A stretch of DNA of 64,000 bases, taken from an uncultured Ignavibacteria bacterium. GTDB lineage: Bacteria > Bacteroidota > Ignavibacteria > SZUA-365. The position numbers were made by a program, and so were the translations under genes. Of this stretch, positions 47,854 through 58,764 are shown piece after piece (positions within the stretch are counted from its first letter, which is position 1; each line of letters begins with the position of its first letter). Below the pieces are notes generated by a model that had not been told where the DNA came from, made no database searches, and saw nothing but the letters and a program-made list of their open reading frames with translations. The DNA lies in assembly GCA_913061095.1 (NCBI GenBank), contig CAJXVM010000001.1, positions 304,694-368,693 of the forward strand. The letters are read 5' to 3'.

Positions 47854-48693
47854 ATGCGTTACGCATTCCGCTTCAAGACGCTTCCCTTCACGCTGCTTGC
47901 ATTCTGCCTGTCCGCAGCCACGGCGCTGGCGCAGCTGCCGACACCTCCGTCCACCGCCGTTCCCGGCGTTGGGAATGCAGCCATCGATCATGCTTCGGAC
48001 CTCAAATACGATCCGCAGGCATCATTTTCGCAGGTGTATGAGCGGACCTACGCGAGGAGCAGTGGCAGCGATCTTTCCATTCCCCTGGTCAACGAGACGA
48101 CAATGGAATCCAAGTCCGGCTTCCTCGCTGTGATGTACTCACTCGTCCTCCCCGGAATGGGGGAGTTATACGCGGGGCGCTTCGACCGGGGCAAGTATCC
48201 TCTGATTACCGAGGCGGGACTCTGGCTCGGCCTGATCGGCGTCAATTCCTACGGGAACTGGGTGGAAGATGACGCGCGCACGTATGCGATCCAGCACGCA
48301 GGCATCGATCCCGCAGGCAAGGACGACAAGTTCTTCGTGAATATTGAAAACTATGTGGATCTTGCGGATTACAACAACCAGCGTCTTATCGAGAGACGGC
48401 TCGACGAGGTGTATCCCGACGAGGAAACATGGCGGTGGTCATGGGACAGCGAAGCGCATCGCCTCGACTACAAGGATCAGCGTATTTTCGCCGACGAGCT
48501 GCATAATGCCGTGACGTTTTTTGTGCTCGGCATGGTCGCAAACCGCATCTGGAGCGCCATTCAGGCCGGTGTCGCCGTCAGACAGCACAACGCCTCCCTC
48601 GCGCAGCGCCTGCTCGGAATGCCCTCCATGCACGCACGGCTGACGGCCGTCAATGGCAGAACAGACGGGATGCAATTTGTTTTTCAGTGGTAG
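47854..48693 (+). CDS. Exported/membrane hypothetical protein (DUF5683-like)
   Basis: Signal peptide; KS..LAVMYSLVLPGMGELYAG motif. Confidence 0.6.
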   Translation: MRYAFRFKTLPFTLLAFCLSAATALAQLPTPPSTAVPGVGNAAIDHASDLKYDPQASFSQVYERTYARSSGSDLSIPLVNETTMESKSGFLAVMYSLVLPGMGELYAGRFDRGKYPLITEAGLWLGLIGVNSYGNWVEDDARTYAIQHAGIDPAGKDDKFFVNIENYVDLADYNNQRLIERRLDEVYPDEETWRWSWDSEAHRLDYKDQRIFADELHNAVTFFVLGMVANRIWSAIQAGVAVRQHNASLAQRLLGMPSMHARLTAVNGRTDGMQFVFQW

Positions 48694-48715
48694 TGGGCTT
48701 TGAGCCAGCCAACGG

Positions 48716-49723
48716 CTATCTGCTCTCTCCCAGTGCTTTGCAGAAGCGTTCGGCGATTCTGTCCTTCAACTCTCCCAGATCTCCATTCCTCACCCGCGCA
48801 CCGGAGGCAAGCCGGTGTCCCCCGCCGCCAAACTCCGCGGCAATGTCGTTGACCGCGATTTCCCCGCGTGAACGAAAACTGATTTTCCATCCCTCATCGA
48901 GCTGTGTCAGCAGCGCCGTCACCTCGACGCCGCGAATGGCCAGGCCGTAATTGACGATATTCTCGATATCCTCCACCGTGGTACCGGTCTCCACGAACAT
49001 TTCCCGCGTCACGGCAAGAAGGCTCGCGCGGCCGTCACAACGGCGTTCGATGCCGGCGAGAATGCGGCCGAGCAGCATCGTACGCTCGATGGGATAATCG
49101 TCATAGATGCGGCGGTGAATGGACATCGGTTCGATGCCGGTTTCCAGAAGATCCGCCGTGATGCGGTGCAGCCGCGGCGTCGTGCGCTCGAAGCGGAAAG
49201 ACCCCGTGTCTGTCACAATACCGACGTACAGTGCCAGCGCGGTGTGCCGGTCGATGTCAAAACCGGCATGCGCGAGTATATCATACACGATTTCAGCCGT
49301 CGAAGACGCCTCGGTGACTGTCAGGTATCCGTCTGCGAAGGGACGGGGATGAAGATGGTGGTCGATAACGACGCGCTGCCCTCTGCCCCCGAGCATACTC
49401 TCTTCCATTTCGCGGACGCGGTCAGACTGGTTGAAATCAAGGCAGAGAATCACATCCGCATCCAGCAGTACGTCGCGGTGCGCCGCGGCATCCCATGTTT
49501 CGAACATGCTGTCATCGTCGAGCAGCGAGAGATTCTCCGGCACGGGATCGGCATTGATGATGCGAACATCCACACCGCGGGATGAGAGGAATGTGAACAT
49601 CGCGGCCTCACTGCCCAGGGCGTCGCCGTCGGGATTGACATGCGTCGTCAGCACAACGCGCGAGGCACCGCTCAGCGTCTCGAGCAGTGCGGGAATGTCA
49701 ATGTACGGAAGGGTGTCGCTCAT
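48716..49723 (-). CDS. nrnA: DHH-family bifunctional oligoribonuclease/PAP phosphatase
   Basis: HVNPDGDALGS, IDHH, DTGSF, SFRS, GGGGH. Confidence 0.9.
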   Translation of the reverse strand: MSDTLPYIDIPALLETLSGASRVVLTTHVNPDGDALGSEAAMFTFLSSRGVDVRIINADPVPENLSLLDDDSMFETWDAAAHRDVLLDADVILCLDFNQSDRVREMEESMLGGRGQRVVIDHHLHPRPFADGYLTVTEASSTAEIVYDILAHAGFDIDRHTALALYVGIVTDTGSFRFERTTPRLHRITADLLETGIEPMSIHRRIYDDYPIERTMLLGRILAGIERRCDGRASLLAVTREMFVETGTTVEDIENIVNYGLAIRGVEVTALLTQLDEGWKISFRSRGEIAVNDIAAEFGGGGHRLASGARVRNGDLGELKDRIAERFCKALGESR

Positions 49724-49732
49724 ATCCGTCTC

Positions 49733-51481
49733 CTATTCCATCTCCTCGAGTTCCGCGGCCAGCAGCTGCTTCTGGTGCAGGTCCGCATACAGTTTGCCCG
49801 CCTCGACCAGCGCGTCGTGTGTTCCGGATTCGACGATACGGCCGTCATTGATGACAATGATGTGATCGGCATCCTTGACCGTGGAAATCCGGTGACTGAT
49901 GAGAATGCTCGTCCGCTCGTTCATGATGTCTTTCAGCCGCTTCAATATCTCTTCCTCGGTGTGCGTATCCACGGCGGAGAGCGCGTCGTCGAGAATGAGA
50001 ATGGAGGGACGCCGCAGCACGGCGCGCGCCAGACTGACACGCTGTTTCTGTCCGCCCGACAGGGTGATGCCCCGCTCGCCGAGCACGGTGTCATAGCCTT
50101 CGGGAAAATCCCTGATGTCTTTGTCCACCTGCGCGACGCCCGCCGCCCATTCGATCTCCTCCATCCCGGCATCCGCCCTGCCGTAGGCAATGTTGCTGCG
50201 CAGTGTATCCGAGAACAGGAAGGTTTCCTGTGTGACGTAGGCGATGCTTCCGCGCAGCACGTTGAGCGGGATCTCGCGCACATCGCGTCCGTCGATGCGC
50301 AGCGTCCCCCCGGTAACATCAAAGACGCGCGGAATCAGGTTGACCAGACTGCTTTTTCCCTCCCCGGTGAGACCGATAATGCCGAGCGTGGATCCGGCCG
50401 GGATGTGCAGGTTGATGTCATGCAGCACTTCAGGTCCGTCATCGTCGTAGCGGAACCGCACGTGATCGAAGCGGATCTCGCCTCCGATGGCAGTGATGTC
50501 CTGATTCGTGCGCTCGGTATCACGGACCGCCGGCACGGTGTCGAACACGCGCTCGAGACGCTTCATGGATGCGGAGGCGCGCTGCACGAGATTGACCACC
50601 CAGCCGATCGCGGCCATCGGCCAGATCAGCATGCCGAGGTAGATGATGAACTGAGTAAGCTCGCCGAGCGAGAGCTTCCCTTCGATCACCTCGAGGCCAC
50701 CGAGCCAGATGATGAGGATCACGGAAAGACCGACAAGCAGAACGATCAGCGGCGCAAACAGCGACTGCACACGAATCATCCGCATGTTTTTATGACGGTA
50801 CGCCTCGCTCAACTCAAAAAACACCGCCGTTTCGTAGGCTTCACGGAGATAGGCCTTGACGACGCGGATGCCGGAGATGCTCTCCTGTGTGCGCGCGGTC
50901 AACGTGCCGTAGTGATCCTGAATATCCTGGTACCGCCGGTGGATGATGGTGCCGAGGCGGTTCACTCCGTATGAGAGTATCGGTAGCGGAATCAGCGCGT
51001 ACAGCGTCAGCATCGGATGGATGCTGAGCATCAGCCCCACGATAATGATGAAATTGAACACGGTGTTCGAGGAATACATGACGGCGGGGCCGACGAACAT
51101 GCGCACGGCGGCGATATCGTTGGTCGCATGCGCCATCACTTCGCCCGTACTGAAACGGGAGAAGAATTCCTGCGAAAGCTTTTCGACATGTTGGAAGAAA
51201 TCGTTGCGCAGATCGTATTCAATGCGACGCGATACCACGATGATCGTCTGCCGTGTCAGGTAAAGAAACAGACCGCTGAACAGTGCACTGCCGACGATCA
51301 GCAGCGCATAGCGCAGCAGTGCGTCGGATGTCAGATTCTTCTCGAGCCCGTCGATGGCCTGGCGGATGATCGCGGGGGCAATGACGGCGAAGACCGTCGA
51401 GAGGAAGATGAACAGAACGCCCCAGACCAGCGTCCTCCGATACTTCCGAAAATACGGCAGCAGCCGCGCGAGCGATTTCAT
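49733..51481 (-). CDS. ABC exporter, fused permease-ATPase (MdlA-like)
   Basis: 6 TM plus GLTGEGKS, LSGGQKQR, ILDDALSAVD, SHR. Confidence 0.93.
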   Translation of the reverse strand: MKSLARLLPYFRKYRRTLVWGVLFIFLSTVFAVIAPAIIRQAIDGLEKNLTSDALLRYALLIVGSALFSGLFLYLTRQTIIVVSRRIEYDLRNDFFQHVEKLSQEFFSRFSTGEVMAHATNDIAAVRMFVGPAVMYSSNTVFNFIIIVGLMLSIHPMLTLYALIPLPILSYGVNRLGTIIHRRYQDIQDHYGTLTARTQESISGIRVVKAYLREAYETAVFFELSEAYRHKNMRMIRVQSLFAPLIVLLVGLSVILIIWLGGLEVIEGKLSLGELTQFIIYLGMLIWPMAAIGWVVNLVQRASASMKRLERVFDTVPAVRDTERTNQDITAIGGEIRFDHVRFRYDDDGPEVLHDINLHIPAGSTLGIIGLTGEGKSSLVNLIPRVFDVTGGTLRIDGRDVREIPLNVLRGSIAYVTQETFLFSDTLRSNIAYGRADAGMEEIEWAAGVAQVDKDIRDFPEGYDTVLGERGITLSGGQKQRVSLARAVLRRPSILILDDALSAVDTHTEEEILKRLKDIMNERTSILISHRISTVKDADHIIVINDGRIVESGTHDALVEAGKLYADLHQKQLLAAELEEME

Positions 51482-52234
51482 TCAGCGCCCTTCCTTTCCC
51501 CAGGTCCGCAGGATGTGTGTGATTTCCTCCCAGCTGTGCGCCACGGCATTGGCCGCGGTTTGCTCGGGCGCGTTCTCGTGATGGTACCGTCCGGTCTCGT
51601 CACCGCGGAATAAAATCGCGCGCATGCCTTTCCCCCGGGCACCAGCAATATCGGTGCGCTCGAGGTCTCCGATGTGCACCGTGTGCGCGGGATGCGCATG
51701 CAGCGCTGAAAGTGCAGCGTCGAAGATCAGCGGATGCGGTTTCGACACACCGACTTCGTCCGAGAAGATCAGAGCGGTGAAATACTGCAGAACGCCATGC
51801 CGTTCGAGCACTTTTCTGAGCACGCGACCGGGAGAGAACGCCGTATCGGAAATCAGGGCGATCGGAGCGATGCGTGTGATTTCAGCCAGTGCCTCGCGCA
51901 CACCGGAAAGCAGGGCGGGAAGACCGTCGAGGATGCTGTCTTCGAACACGGTGACGGTGCGGCGGTGCAGATCGTCGTCAACGGTCATGTCGAGATGCTT
52001 CCATGCGGCGTGCAGGCATTCGGAGGCGCTGAGTGTCCGCTGTTCACCCTGCCAGTGCTTTTCAAACGTCTCATACGAAATCCGGAGGGCGTCATGCACT
52101 TCATCCTCATTCCAGGGACGACCCATGTGGCGATACACATCCCGCACGGCGGCATTCCGCACGCGGCGTCGCTCCGAGCCGTTGCTCGAATCCACAATCG
52201 TATTCCAGAAATCGATGGTGACTGCCTGAATCAT
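51482..52234 (-). CDS. HAD-family hydrolase
   Basis: DFWNT, ISDT, SKP, HIGD...D motifs. Confidence 0.88.
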   Translation of the reverse strand: MIQAVTIDFWNTIVDSSNGSERRRVRNAAVRDVYRHMGRPWNEDEVHDALRISYETFEKHWQGEQRTLSASECLHAAWKHLDMTVDDDLHRRTVTVFEDSILDGLPALLSGVREALAEITRIAPIALISDTAFSPGRVLRKVLERHGVLQYFTALIFSDEVGVSKPHPLIFDAALSALHAHPAHTVHIGDLERTDIAGARGKGMRAILFRGDETGRYHHENAPEQTAANAVAHSWEEITHILRTWGKEGR

Positions 52235-52262
52235 AGCTTTCCATACAACACGGGTTCGCAGG

Positions 52263-52298
52263 AAAAAGCTCCTCGGCCGGGAGCGATCGAGGAGCTTT
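52263..52298 (-). terminator. Probable terminator after serS
   Basis: AAAGCTCCTCG..CGAGGAGCTTT stem with short T tail on the minus strand. Confidence 0.55.
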
Positions 52299-52321
52299 CA
52301 GAGAATGACCGGCTCTCCGAA

Positions 52322-53611
52322 TCAGTCGATGACGGCAAAGCCGGTATAGGGCTGCAGGACCTTCGGAACAACCACGGTGCCCTCGGGCGTCTGGCAGTTC
52401 TCCAGCAGCGCGACCATCAGACGCGAAGTGGCCAGGCCCGAGCCGTTGAGTGTGTGCACGAATTCCGGTTTGCTTTTCGGGCCGTCCGGACGGAAACGGA
52501 TATTCGCGCGCCGCGCCTGAAAGTCTTCGAAGTTGCTGCAGGACGAAGCCTCGAGCCAGGCCTCCTCGCCGGGAGCCCAGACCTCGAGGTCGTAGGTCTT
52601 CGCGGAGGAAAATGACGTATCGCCGGTACACAGCAGACGGACGCGATACGGGATATGCAGCAACTGCAGAATCTTCTCCACGTCAGCAACGAGTTTCTCG
52701 AGTTCGTCATAACTGTTCTCGGGACGCGCGAACTTCACGAGCTCCACCTTATTGAACTGATGGACGCGCAGAAAACCCTTGGTCTGCTTTCCGTAGGAAC
52801 CGGCCTCCCGGCGGAAGCAGGCGGAGTAGCCGCAGAAATACGACGGCACCTGCTCGGTATCGAGGATTTCATCACGGTACATGTTCGTGATCGGCACTTC
52901 CGCGGTTGGAATCAGATACAGATCGTCGTCAGCGCAGCGATACATGTCCTCGGTCATCTTTGGGAGCTGCCCCGTGCCGTACATCGAAGCCGTGTTGACG
53001 ACGAACGGGGGAAACACTTCCCTGTACCCGTGCTCATTGCGATGCACGTCAATCATGAAGTTGATCAATGCGCGTTCGAGCGTGGCACCCGCACCGGTGT
53101 AGAGGGGAAAACCGCTGCCGCTGAGTTTCGCGCCGCGGTCGAAGTCGAGAATACCGAGTTTCTTGCCAAGCTCGATGTGGTCACGCAGCGGTTCATCGCT
53201 CTCCTCGTTGATCCCGACGGTATGCTCAGGGATCCATGAACGCACCTCGACGTTATCGGCGTCGCTCTCCCCGACCGGCACGCTGTCATGACTGATGTTC
53301 GGAAGCGAAAGCAGCATTTCGCGAAGCTGCTCCTCGACCGTGCGAAGCTCCTCGTCCATCGACTTGATGGTATCGGAAACGCCTTTCATTTCCTCAATGC
53401 GCGAAGATGCATCCTCCCCTGCCTTTTTCATGCGCGCGATTTCCTGTGAAACCACGTTCCGCGTGTTCTTCAGCTGGTCGACGCCGGCGATGATCTCGCG
53501 GCGGCGGCGGTCAATGTCGAGTACGGCATCGACGTCCCCACGTTCATGTTTGTCCTGGATGCCCCTGCGAATGTCGTCGGGAAATTCTCGAATGCGCTTG
53601 AGATCAAGCAT
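52322..53611 (-). CDS. serS: Seryl-tRNA synthetase
   Basis: MLDLKRIR coiled coil, [37 protein letters not shown]. Confidence 0.98.
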   Translation of the reverse strand: MLDLKRIREFPDDIRRGIQDKHERGDVDAVLDIDRRRREIIAGVDQLKNTRNVVSQEIARMKKAGEDASSRIEEMKGVSDTIKSMDEELRTVEEQLREMLLSLPNISHDSVPVGESDADNVEVRSWIPEHTVGINEESDEPLRDHIELGKKLGILDFDRGAKLSGSGFPLYTGAGATLERALINFMIDVHRNEHGYREVFPPFVVNTASMYGTGQLPKMTEDMYRCADDDLYLIPTAEVPITNMYRDEILDTEQVPSYFCGYSACFRREAGSYGKQTKGFLRVHQFNKVELVKFARPENSYDELEKLVADVEKILQLLHIPYRVRLLCTGDTSFSSAKTYDLEVWAPGEEAWLEASSCSNFEDFQARRANIRFRPDGPKSKPEFVHTLNGSGLATSRLMVALLENCQTPEGTVVVPKVLQPYTGFAVID

Positions 53612-53632
53612 GCTGTTCTGTCCTCGGTTGAT

Positions 53633-54574
53633 TCAGAGAAATCTGCCGTCAGAGAGCAGGTCCGTGTGTTCGGACCCCTGCCGGTACTGCTGACGCAGGT
53701 GCGTCAGTCCGGTCTCCACATCGCTGAGACGAACATCGCATTCCGTTTCGAACTTCAGCGTAATGAAGGTGCTGTCGGGCGGGCGGTTCGCGGCCTGCCC
53801 GATCTCCCGCGACGTCGTCGGTCCGATCAGAGACGGATCGAAGTTGAAAATTTCGGCAATTTTCCGCGCAAATGAAAAGCGATCGATGGATTCGGGACCG
53901 GTGACATGATACACGCCGCTGCATTGTTTCTCAGTCAGCTTGTAGATCCCGTAGGCGAGATCGTCGGCCATGGTCGGATTCCCCCGCTGATCGGTGACGA
54001 CGCGGAACGGCTCACCCTTTTCGAGCTGCGCCAGCACCCAGGCGACGAAATTCATGCGCACCTCGTATCCGGTGCCATACAGCACCTGCGTGCGCACGAT
54101 GGCGCCATCCACCGGCGAGGCCAGCAACGCGTTCTCCGATGCGAGCTTCGATTTGCCGTAATAGCTCACCGGGCGGGGACGCGATTCCTCGGTGTACGGA
54201 GGATGATGACCGTCGAAGACGTAGTCCGATGACAGCTGGATGATGCGGCATCCCTCGATACGCCGTGCGGGAATGATCAGATTTTTCAGACCATCGACAT
54301 TCAGCCGCCAGGTGCTCAGTCGGTCTTCCTCGCAGGCATCGACCGCGGTCTGTGCCGCGGTATTGATGATGATGTCTGGACGATAATGCGACACCATGCT
54401 TTTGACGTCGCTGAGACGCGTGATGTCGAGCTGCTGATAGTCGAAGCGGTCACTGACGAAGAACGTGCGCGATGCGAGATCCGTCAGCAGTAGCTGATGC
54501 GTGGTCTCGCGTCCGAATACGAGCGCGAGCTTCTGACCGAGCAGTCCGTGCGCACCGGTGATGAGGATTCTCAT
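53633..54574 (-). CDS. rfbD: dTDP-4-dehydrorhamnose reductase family SDR
   Basis: ITGAHGLLG, TAVDACE, SSDYVFDG, YGKSK, DQRGNPT. Confidence 0.88.
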   Translation of the reverse strand: MRILITGAHGLLGQKLALVFGRETTHQLLLTDLASRTFFVSDRFDYQQLDITRLSDVKSMVSHYRPDIIINTAAQTAVDACEEDRLSTWRLNVDGLKNLIIPARRIEGCRIIQLSSDYVFDGHHPPYTEESRPRPVSYYGKSKLASENALLASPVDGAIVRTQVLYGTGYEVRMNFVAWVLAQLEKGEPFRVVTDQRGNPTMADDLAYGIYKLTEKQCSGVYHVTGPESIDRFSFARKIAEIFNFDPSLIGPTTSREIGQAANRPPDSTFITLKFETECDVRLSDVETGLTHLRQQYRQGSEHTDLLSDGRFL

Positions 54575-55509
54575 GCCGCCGTCTCCCGCAGAAATGTGCG
54601 CAGTCCCCGGATTCCCTCGGATCCCGGCAGGGAAACGACCCAGGATGCCGCGCGGGCGGCGCGCGCGGCCGCGATTTCCATGTCCTCGCCGGCCGCGATG
54701 CCACGCGCCAGCGTGCTGCCGAATGCATCGCCGCAGCCGGTCGGATCGACGAGCCGTGCGGGCGGCACGGCAGGAACATGGAGACAGCTGCCGTCCGGAC
54801 GATAGATATCCGCGCCCGATTCTCCGCGTGTCAGGACGAATGCGGTGAGTTCGCTTTCTGCGAACAGCTCCTGAATGCATGCATGGGACAGCGTCTGTCC
54901 CCGTGCATCCCCCGCGGCAGTGTCATGCGCATCGCAGCCCGTCAGTGCATCGAACTCACGTGCATTGCACTGGGCAACGTCGGCGGCACGCACCCATTCT
55001 TTCCAGCGCGGCGAAGCCGTCGGCTCCCGCCGTCCGTCACGGTGCACCCGATACGCGATCATATGCAGATCGATATACACGAGGCGTCCATCGCCGCGCA
55101 GCGCCGCCGCATCCTCGAGCAGGATATCCTGCCCGGTCATCATGTTCAGGTACACCAGCTGCGCCTGGCCAAGCTCCTCCGCGAAGCGCTCAAACGGAAT
55201 CGGCCCCAGGCTGCTGACGAGCTGGGTGTTGTACTGTGCGGGTGATTCGTGGAAAAGGCGAACGCGCGTTGTGGGCTGTTCCACCTCCCAGCAGCGGCTG
55301 AAATCAAGCGCATCCTCACTGCGCATGCGCTCCAGCGCATCGACGGCGTCGGGACCGTACGGGAAAACGGGACGCACGCAATCATCCTCCCCACGCAGTG
55401 CGGCGAATGTTCGCAGCGGGAAGGTGATGCCGCCCGGACTGTGATACACCTTTCCATCATAGCTGTGGATTTCATCGAGCACGAGATGTCCGAGCACGAG
55501 TGTGGTCAT
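54571..55509 (-). CDS. PfkB-family carbohydrate kinase
   Basis: PGG, CNAREF, LTRGESG, DPTGCGDAF. Confidence 0.85.
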   Translation of the reverse strand: MTTLVLGHLVLDEIHSYDGKVYHSPGGITFPLRTFAALRGEDDCVRPVFPYGPDAVDALERMRSEDALDFSRCWEVEQPTTRVRLFHESPAQYNTQLVSSLGPIPFERFAEELGQAQLVYLNMMTGQDILLEDAAALRGDGRLVYIDLHMIAYRVHRDGRREPTASPRWKEWVRAADVAQCNAREFDALTGCDAHDTAAGDARGQTLSHACIQELFAESELTAFVLTRGESGADIYRPDGSCLHVPAVPPARLVDPTGCGDAFGSTLARGIAAGEDMEIAAARAARAASWVVSLPGSEGIRGLRTFLRETAA

Positions 55510-56570
55510 TTCTCCGGCGCCAGTCCCAGCTCGCGCTCCCGCCGGCGGATTTCCTCTTCGCGTTCGTTGAGTTCGCGCAGCTTCTGTTCGAGCTGCCGCA
55601 TTTTCCGCTGATAGGCCGTCTCGGGTGGCTGCTCCTCTTCGAACTCCTCCCCGGCGAACACGCGGCCGAACAGCCAGTGCTCACGCATGGCATGAATGCT
55701 GCGCGAAAGCTGCATCGCGGCATTGCCCGCGTTGTAACTGACATCGGTCAGGGCCGACATCAGTGTCACCACCGAATCGTAGAGGCTGCGATCCGTCATC
55801 AGCGCGCCCATTGTTCCGCGCCCGGTGTTCATCGCTTCAAGAAACTGCGCCGCTTCGTCAGTCATCCGGTTTGTGTTTTCGAGCGTCGTATCGGCCTTGA
55901 CGACAATGCGATTGAGCGTCTCCGCTGTCTCCACCAGAAGTGTCGACAGGTTATCGAGATTCTCATTGGTCAGCTCCAGCCCCTTTTCCGTCTGTTCGGT
56001 AATCGCTTCGAGACGTTCATAGACGCCATCGTCCGTCAGCAGTTTCCCGATGGTGCCCTCCCCCTGATTCAGCCGGTGCAGCAGCACATTGAGCTCGCCG
56101 AATACGCGGTCGGCCGTGTCGGTGATGGAAGTGACATTGTCGGCGAGGCTGCTCAGCGCAAAAGGCGCCACGCCCTTGATGAATCCATAATCCTCAACGA
56201 CCGGAGCCCTGTCAGACCCCACGCTGAGGTTGATGAACTTGTTGCCGACGAGCCCTTCCTGTTTTATTTCCGCCCTGGAATCAATTTTGATGAAGGGATG
56301 CACGTCCTCGTTGATGCGGAGCAACACCCGCACGGAATCCGCATCCTCGGTGAGCCGAATGGTGGAGACGGTTCCGATGTTATATCCCGAAAGCACGACA
56401 TAGGCGCCCGGCTTCACACCTTCGGCGTTCGAATAATTGACCTGCACATAAAACACCGAGCTGAAGAGATGGCTCTCCTCACCGACGAAAAAGATGCCCA
56501 CAGAAAATGCAAGCACACCGATGAAGATGAGGAAACCGACGCGGGCGCGGGAGAGAGTGCTTTTTTTCAT
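55506..56570 (-). CDS. mlaD: MCE/MlaD lipid-transport protein with long helical extension
   Basis: N-terminal TM, GVKPGAYV..G.V, GLVGNKFI, GEGTIGKLLTD repeats. Confidence 0.85.
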   Translation of the reverse strand: MKKSTLSRARVGFLIFIGVLAFSVGIFFVGEESHLFSSVFYVQVNYSNAEGVKPGAYVVLSGYNIGTVSTIRLTEDADSVRVLLRINEDVHPFIKIDSRAEIKQEGLVGNKFINLSVGSDRAPVVEDYGFIKGVAPFALSSLADNVTSITDTADRVFGELNVLLHRLNQGEGTIGKLLTDDGVYERLEAITEQTEKGLELTNENLDNLSTLLVETAETLNRIVVKADTTLENTNRMTDEAAQFLEAMNTGRGTMGALMTDRSLYDSVVTLMSALTDVSYNAGNAAMQLSRSIHAMREHWLFGRVFAGEEFEEEQPPETAYQRKMRQLEQKLRELNEREEEIRRRERELGLAPEK

Positions 56571-57313
56571 GTTGCGACCTGGAAAAATGCTCTGGTGTAG
56601 GGATCGCTGGAGGCCTTGAGTTCATCGTAGGTTCCGGAATGCTGGAACACTCCGTCATCGAGAATGTAGATCTGATTGGCGATAATCCGTGCGCATTCAA
56701 GATCATGGGTCACGGTGATCGATGTGATGCCGAACTGCTCTTCGAGACTGAGGATCAGTTCGCTGATCTCCCGGGCGGTGATGGGGTCCAAACCCGCCGT
56801 GGGTTCGTCGTAGAGGACGATCTTCGGGCGCTTGATGATCGCACGCGCCAGGCCGATACGCTTCTTCATTCCGCCGCTGAGTTCGGAGGGCATCTTGTCG
56901 ATGGCATCCGTCAGTCCGACCAGACGCAGCTGTTCAAGCACCCGGTCAGTGATGTCCGACTCGGACGCGTCCGTATGCTTGCGGAGGGGAAATTCGAGAT
57001 TCTCGCGCACGGTCAGTGAATCATACAGCGCCGCATACTGAAAGACATAGCCGATGTTTTTCCGAAGCCTGTTGAGTTCGCGCGTTTTCATGCCGATCAC
57101 GGAATGTCCCATGACGTCGATATGCCCGCGCTCGGGGATGAGCAGACCCACGATGCTTTTCAGCAGAACGCTTTTTCCGATACCGCTGCGGCCGAGGATG
57201 ACGTCGCTCGAGCCGTCGTGCACACGCAGGCTGATGCCCTTGAGCACATCAAGATCGCCGAATGATTTCCACACCTGCTCGACGTCGATCAACACGGAAT
57301 TGCTCTGCGTCAT
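56567..57313 (-). CDS. mlaF: MlaF/Mkl ABC ATPase
   Basis: GRSGIGKS, FQYAALYDSL, LSGGMKKR, YDEPTAGLDP. Confidence 0.9.
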   Translation of the reverse strand: MTQSNSVLIDVEQVWKSFGDLDVLKGISLRVHDGSSDVILGRSGIGKSVLLKSIVGLLIPERGHIDVMGHSVIGMKTRELNRLRKNIGYVFQYAALYDSLTVRENLEFPLRKHTDASESDITDRVLEQLRLVGLTDAIDKMPSELSGGMKKRIGLARAIIKRPKIVLYDEPTAGLDPITAREISELILSLEEQFGITSITVTHDLECARIIANQIYILDDGVFQHSGTYDELKASSDPYTRAFFQVAT

Positions 57314-58125
57314 ACCCCTGGTCCGAATAAAATCAATGTGAGCTGAATGATGACCATGTCAAGGAAAATGATGTTGAGCGAGGCAAGCACGACGGCCGAT
57401 GTCGCCGCCCGGCCCACACCTTCCGTGCCGCGGCTGGTGTGAAATCCCTGGTATGCACCGATCACACCGATGATGTACCCGAACGCGATGGTCTTTCCGA
57501 CGCCGGGGAGAATGTCATAAAACGTAAGCGACTGAATCACTTCGGTAAAATAGAGCTGAAAACTGGAATTCGCACTCACCCATTCCGAAACGAAGCCGCC
57601 GAAAATCGCCAGGAAGTCGACATACGCGGTCAGCAGCGGCATGATGATCATGCAGGCAAGCACGCGTGTGACCACGAGGAAGTTGTACGGATCGACCGCC
57701 GACACTTCCAGCGCGTCGATCTGCTCGGTCACTTTCATCGAGCCGACTTCGGCTCCGATCCCCGAGCTCACGCGGCCGGCCACAATCAGGGCCGTGATGA
57801 CCGGACCAAGCTCCCGCACGATCGTCAGGGCAATCATTGCGGGCAGAAACGCACCTGCACCGAATCGGTCGAGCGTCGGCCGTGACTGCAGCGCGAGGAT
57901 CAGGCCCATGATCAGTCCCACCACCGTCAGCAGCGGAATGGACTTCGACCCGAGGTTATCGAGATGCTTGCGGACTTCGGCAAATTCATACGGCGGAACG
58001 AACACATAACGGAAAAAACGCATGCCGAACATGGTGATCCCGTATACTTCGGCCATGGAGGACTTGAATCGGTCCCGCGCAAACCTGAAATACGATATTT
58101 CCGGACGTTTCCTGAGGTTGCTCAT
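57310..58125 (-). CDS. mlaE: MlaE ABC permease
   Basis: RELGPVITAL..AGR, AEVGSMKVTEQIDAL, GTEGVGRAAT. Confidence 0.92.
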   Translation of the reverse strand: MSNLRKRPEISYFRFARDRFKSSMAEVYGITMFGMRFFRYVFVPPYEFAEVRKHLDNLGSKSIPLLTVVGLIMGLILALQSRPTLDRFGAGAFLPAMIALTIVRELGPVITALIVAGRVSSGIGAEVGSMKVTEQIDALEVSAVDPYNFLVVTRVLACMIIMPLLTAYVDFLAIFGGFVSEWVSANSSFQLYFTEVIQSLTFYDILPGVGKTIAFGYIIGVIGAYQGFHTSRGTEGVGRAATSAVVLASLNIIFLDMVIIQLTLILFGPGV

Positions 58126-58186
58126 TTCAATGCTCCGCGTTGGAGTATCGTTTAACCTATCGAATTATGGCAGGTTTTCCAACGTA

Positions 58187-58693
58187 TCAGCCATCGTCGT
58201 CGGGATCCGTTTTTTCGGACGATGCGCTTCCCTCCCCGAACTGGCGAAGCCAGAATTCCACTTCATGCTGCGAAACTGCCCGGTTTTTCAGTTTCATTTC
58301 AACGAGATCTTCCCGGGATTCCTTCCGGTCGGTAATGAATTCCTGCGCGCTGACGATGTCCGCACCGCAGGCCGCGGCATGCGCCCGCACTTCATTGTCG
58401 GATGAAACGACGAGCACCATGCGGGGATGGCGGTCCTGCTCGAGGCTCATGCGAATCCACGCGTCCGCGGTACGGGTGAGCGAGAAGACGATGGACATCC
58501 TGTGTCCCCCGCCGATCACCTCGCCGTGTCCGTCGAAGACGATCACAACGTGCCCCTTGTCGCGCGACCGCTTGCGCACGAATTCCACGAACGCGCGACG
58601 GGCGGCGTCGGCGTCGGACTGCATCATGCGCTCGAGTCGCGTGATTTTCCGCAGCACATTATATCCATCGATGTAGGTCTTCTTGTACTCCAT
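58187..58693 (-). CDS. NYN-domain (YacP/Rae1-like) ribonuclease
   Basis: IDGYN, VFDG, TAD, VVSSD acidic motifs. Confidence 0.85.
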   Translation of the reverse strand: MEYKKTYIDGYNVLRKITRLERMMQSDADAARRAFVEFVRKRSRDKGHVVIVFDGHGEVIGGGHRMSIVFSLTRTADAWIRMSLEQDRHPRMVLVVSSDNEVRAHAAACGADIVSAQEFITDRKESREDLVEMKLKNRAVSQHEVEFWLRQFGEGSASSEKTDPDDDG

Positions 58694-58707
58694 CCGGCAT
58701 CCCTGTG

Positions 58708-58738
58708 AAAAAAGAGTCCCGGCACGGGGACCGGGACT
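58708..58738 (-). terminator. Rho-independent terminator after hppD
   Basis: Minus strand AGTCCCGG-TCCCCGTG-CCGGGACT followed by CTTTTTT. Confidence 0.7.
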
Positions 58739-58764
58739 TTCAGAGCAAACCTGTCTTCAGCGGA

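Noticed and set aside
52322-58693. NYN nuclease / mlaEFD / pfkB / rfbD / serS run as a novel system
   Set aside because: Looks like an ordinary mixed housekeeping cluster with no shared functional theme.
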